In this document: piece after piece, positions 15,489-15,548 of the stretch | How positions within the stretch are numbered: the stretch's first letter is position 1 | Layout of the letters: every line of letters begins with the position of its first letter | Source of the DNA: Candidatus Micrarchaeia archaeon | GTDB taxonomy: Archaea; Micrarchaeota; Micrarchaeia; Micrarchaeales; CABMGC01 | Reading direction: 5' to 3' | DNA: 15,548 nucleotides | Assembly: GCA_049976305.1 (NCBI GenBank) | Contig: JBMFIM010000017.1 | Span: 1-15,548 of the forward strand | The notes under the pieces: generated by a model | The model's database searches: none | Seen by the model: the letters and a program-made list of their open reading frames with translations, nothing else | What the model was told of the DNA's origin: nothing | Translations under genes and position numbers: made by a program

Positions 15489-15548
15489 ATGCCCAGGCGC
15501 AGGTCGAGGCAGATAAGGCGTAGAAGTGGTAAGGCTACTGTTAGGTCT
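15489..15548 (+). CDS. Possible start of a divergent gene with an Arg-rich N-terminus (3'-truncated)
   Basis: ATG 15489 follows GAGG and AT-rich boxes. It reads MPRRRSRQIRRRSGKATVRS and stays open to the window end. Confidence 0.4.
   Translation, partial: MPRRRSRQIRRRSGKATVRS

Noticed and set aside
15437..15523. Short ORF MKTYLFKFDF...
   Set aside because: Only 28 codons, it spans a probable promoter region and has no supporting features.
1..15548. Alternative genetic code, inteins, frameshifts, tRNA/rRNA, mobile elements
   Set aside because: TAA, TAG and TGA all terminate conserved genes at the expected ends. Core genes are uninterrupted with no intein-sized inserts or splice motifs. Intergenic gaps are short and AT-rich, and no transposase or integrase was seen.

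Overview
Archaeal chromosomal window, mostly housekeeping. A DPANN/Micrarchaeota-like origin is inferred from the divergent core proteins, GGTG/GAGGTG Shine-Dalgarno motifs, TTTATAAA promoters and surface proteins dense in N-glycosylation sequons; the taxonomy is not proven. On the + strand are the 3' part of an S-layer protein with a hairpin/T-tract terminator, two uncharacterised membrane glycoproteins that share a 4-Cys domain, a hypothetical protein, and a small TOPRIM protein followed by archaeal DnaG. On the - strand are Hjc, smc, a signal peptidase I with a large insertion, a rearranged eL30-uS12-uS7-EF-2 operon and a tandem Lrp/AsnC-type regulator. No RNA genes, CRISPR arrays or mobile elements were seen. 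The best leads are (1) paired substitutions at near-universal translation motifs (uS12 PNSA>PHSG with GD>GS; EF-2 DHGK>HHGK with RGITI>RRLTI) and (2) a candidate S-layer-associated surface system built on the shared disulfide-type domain.
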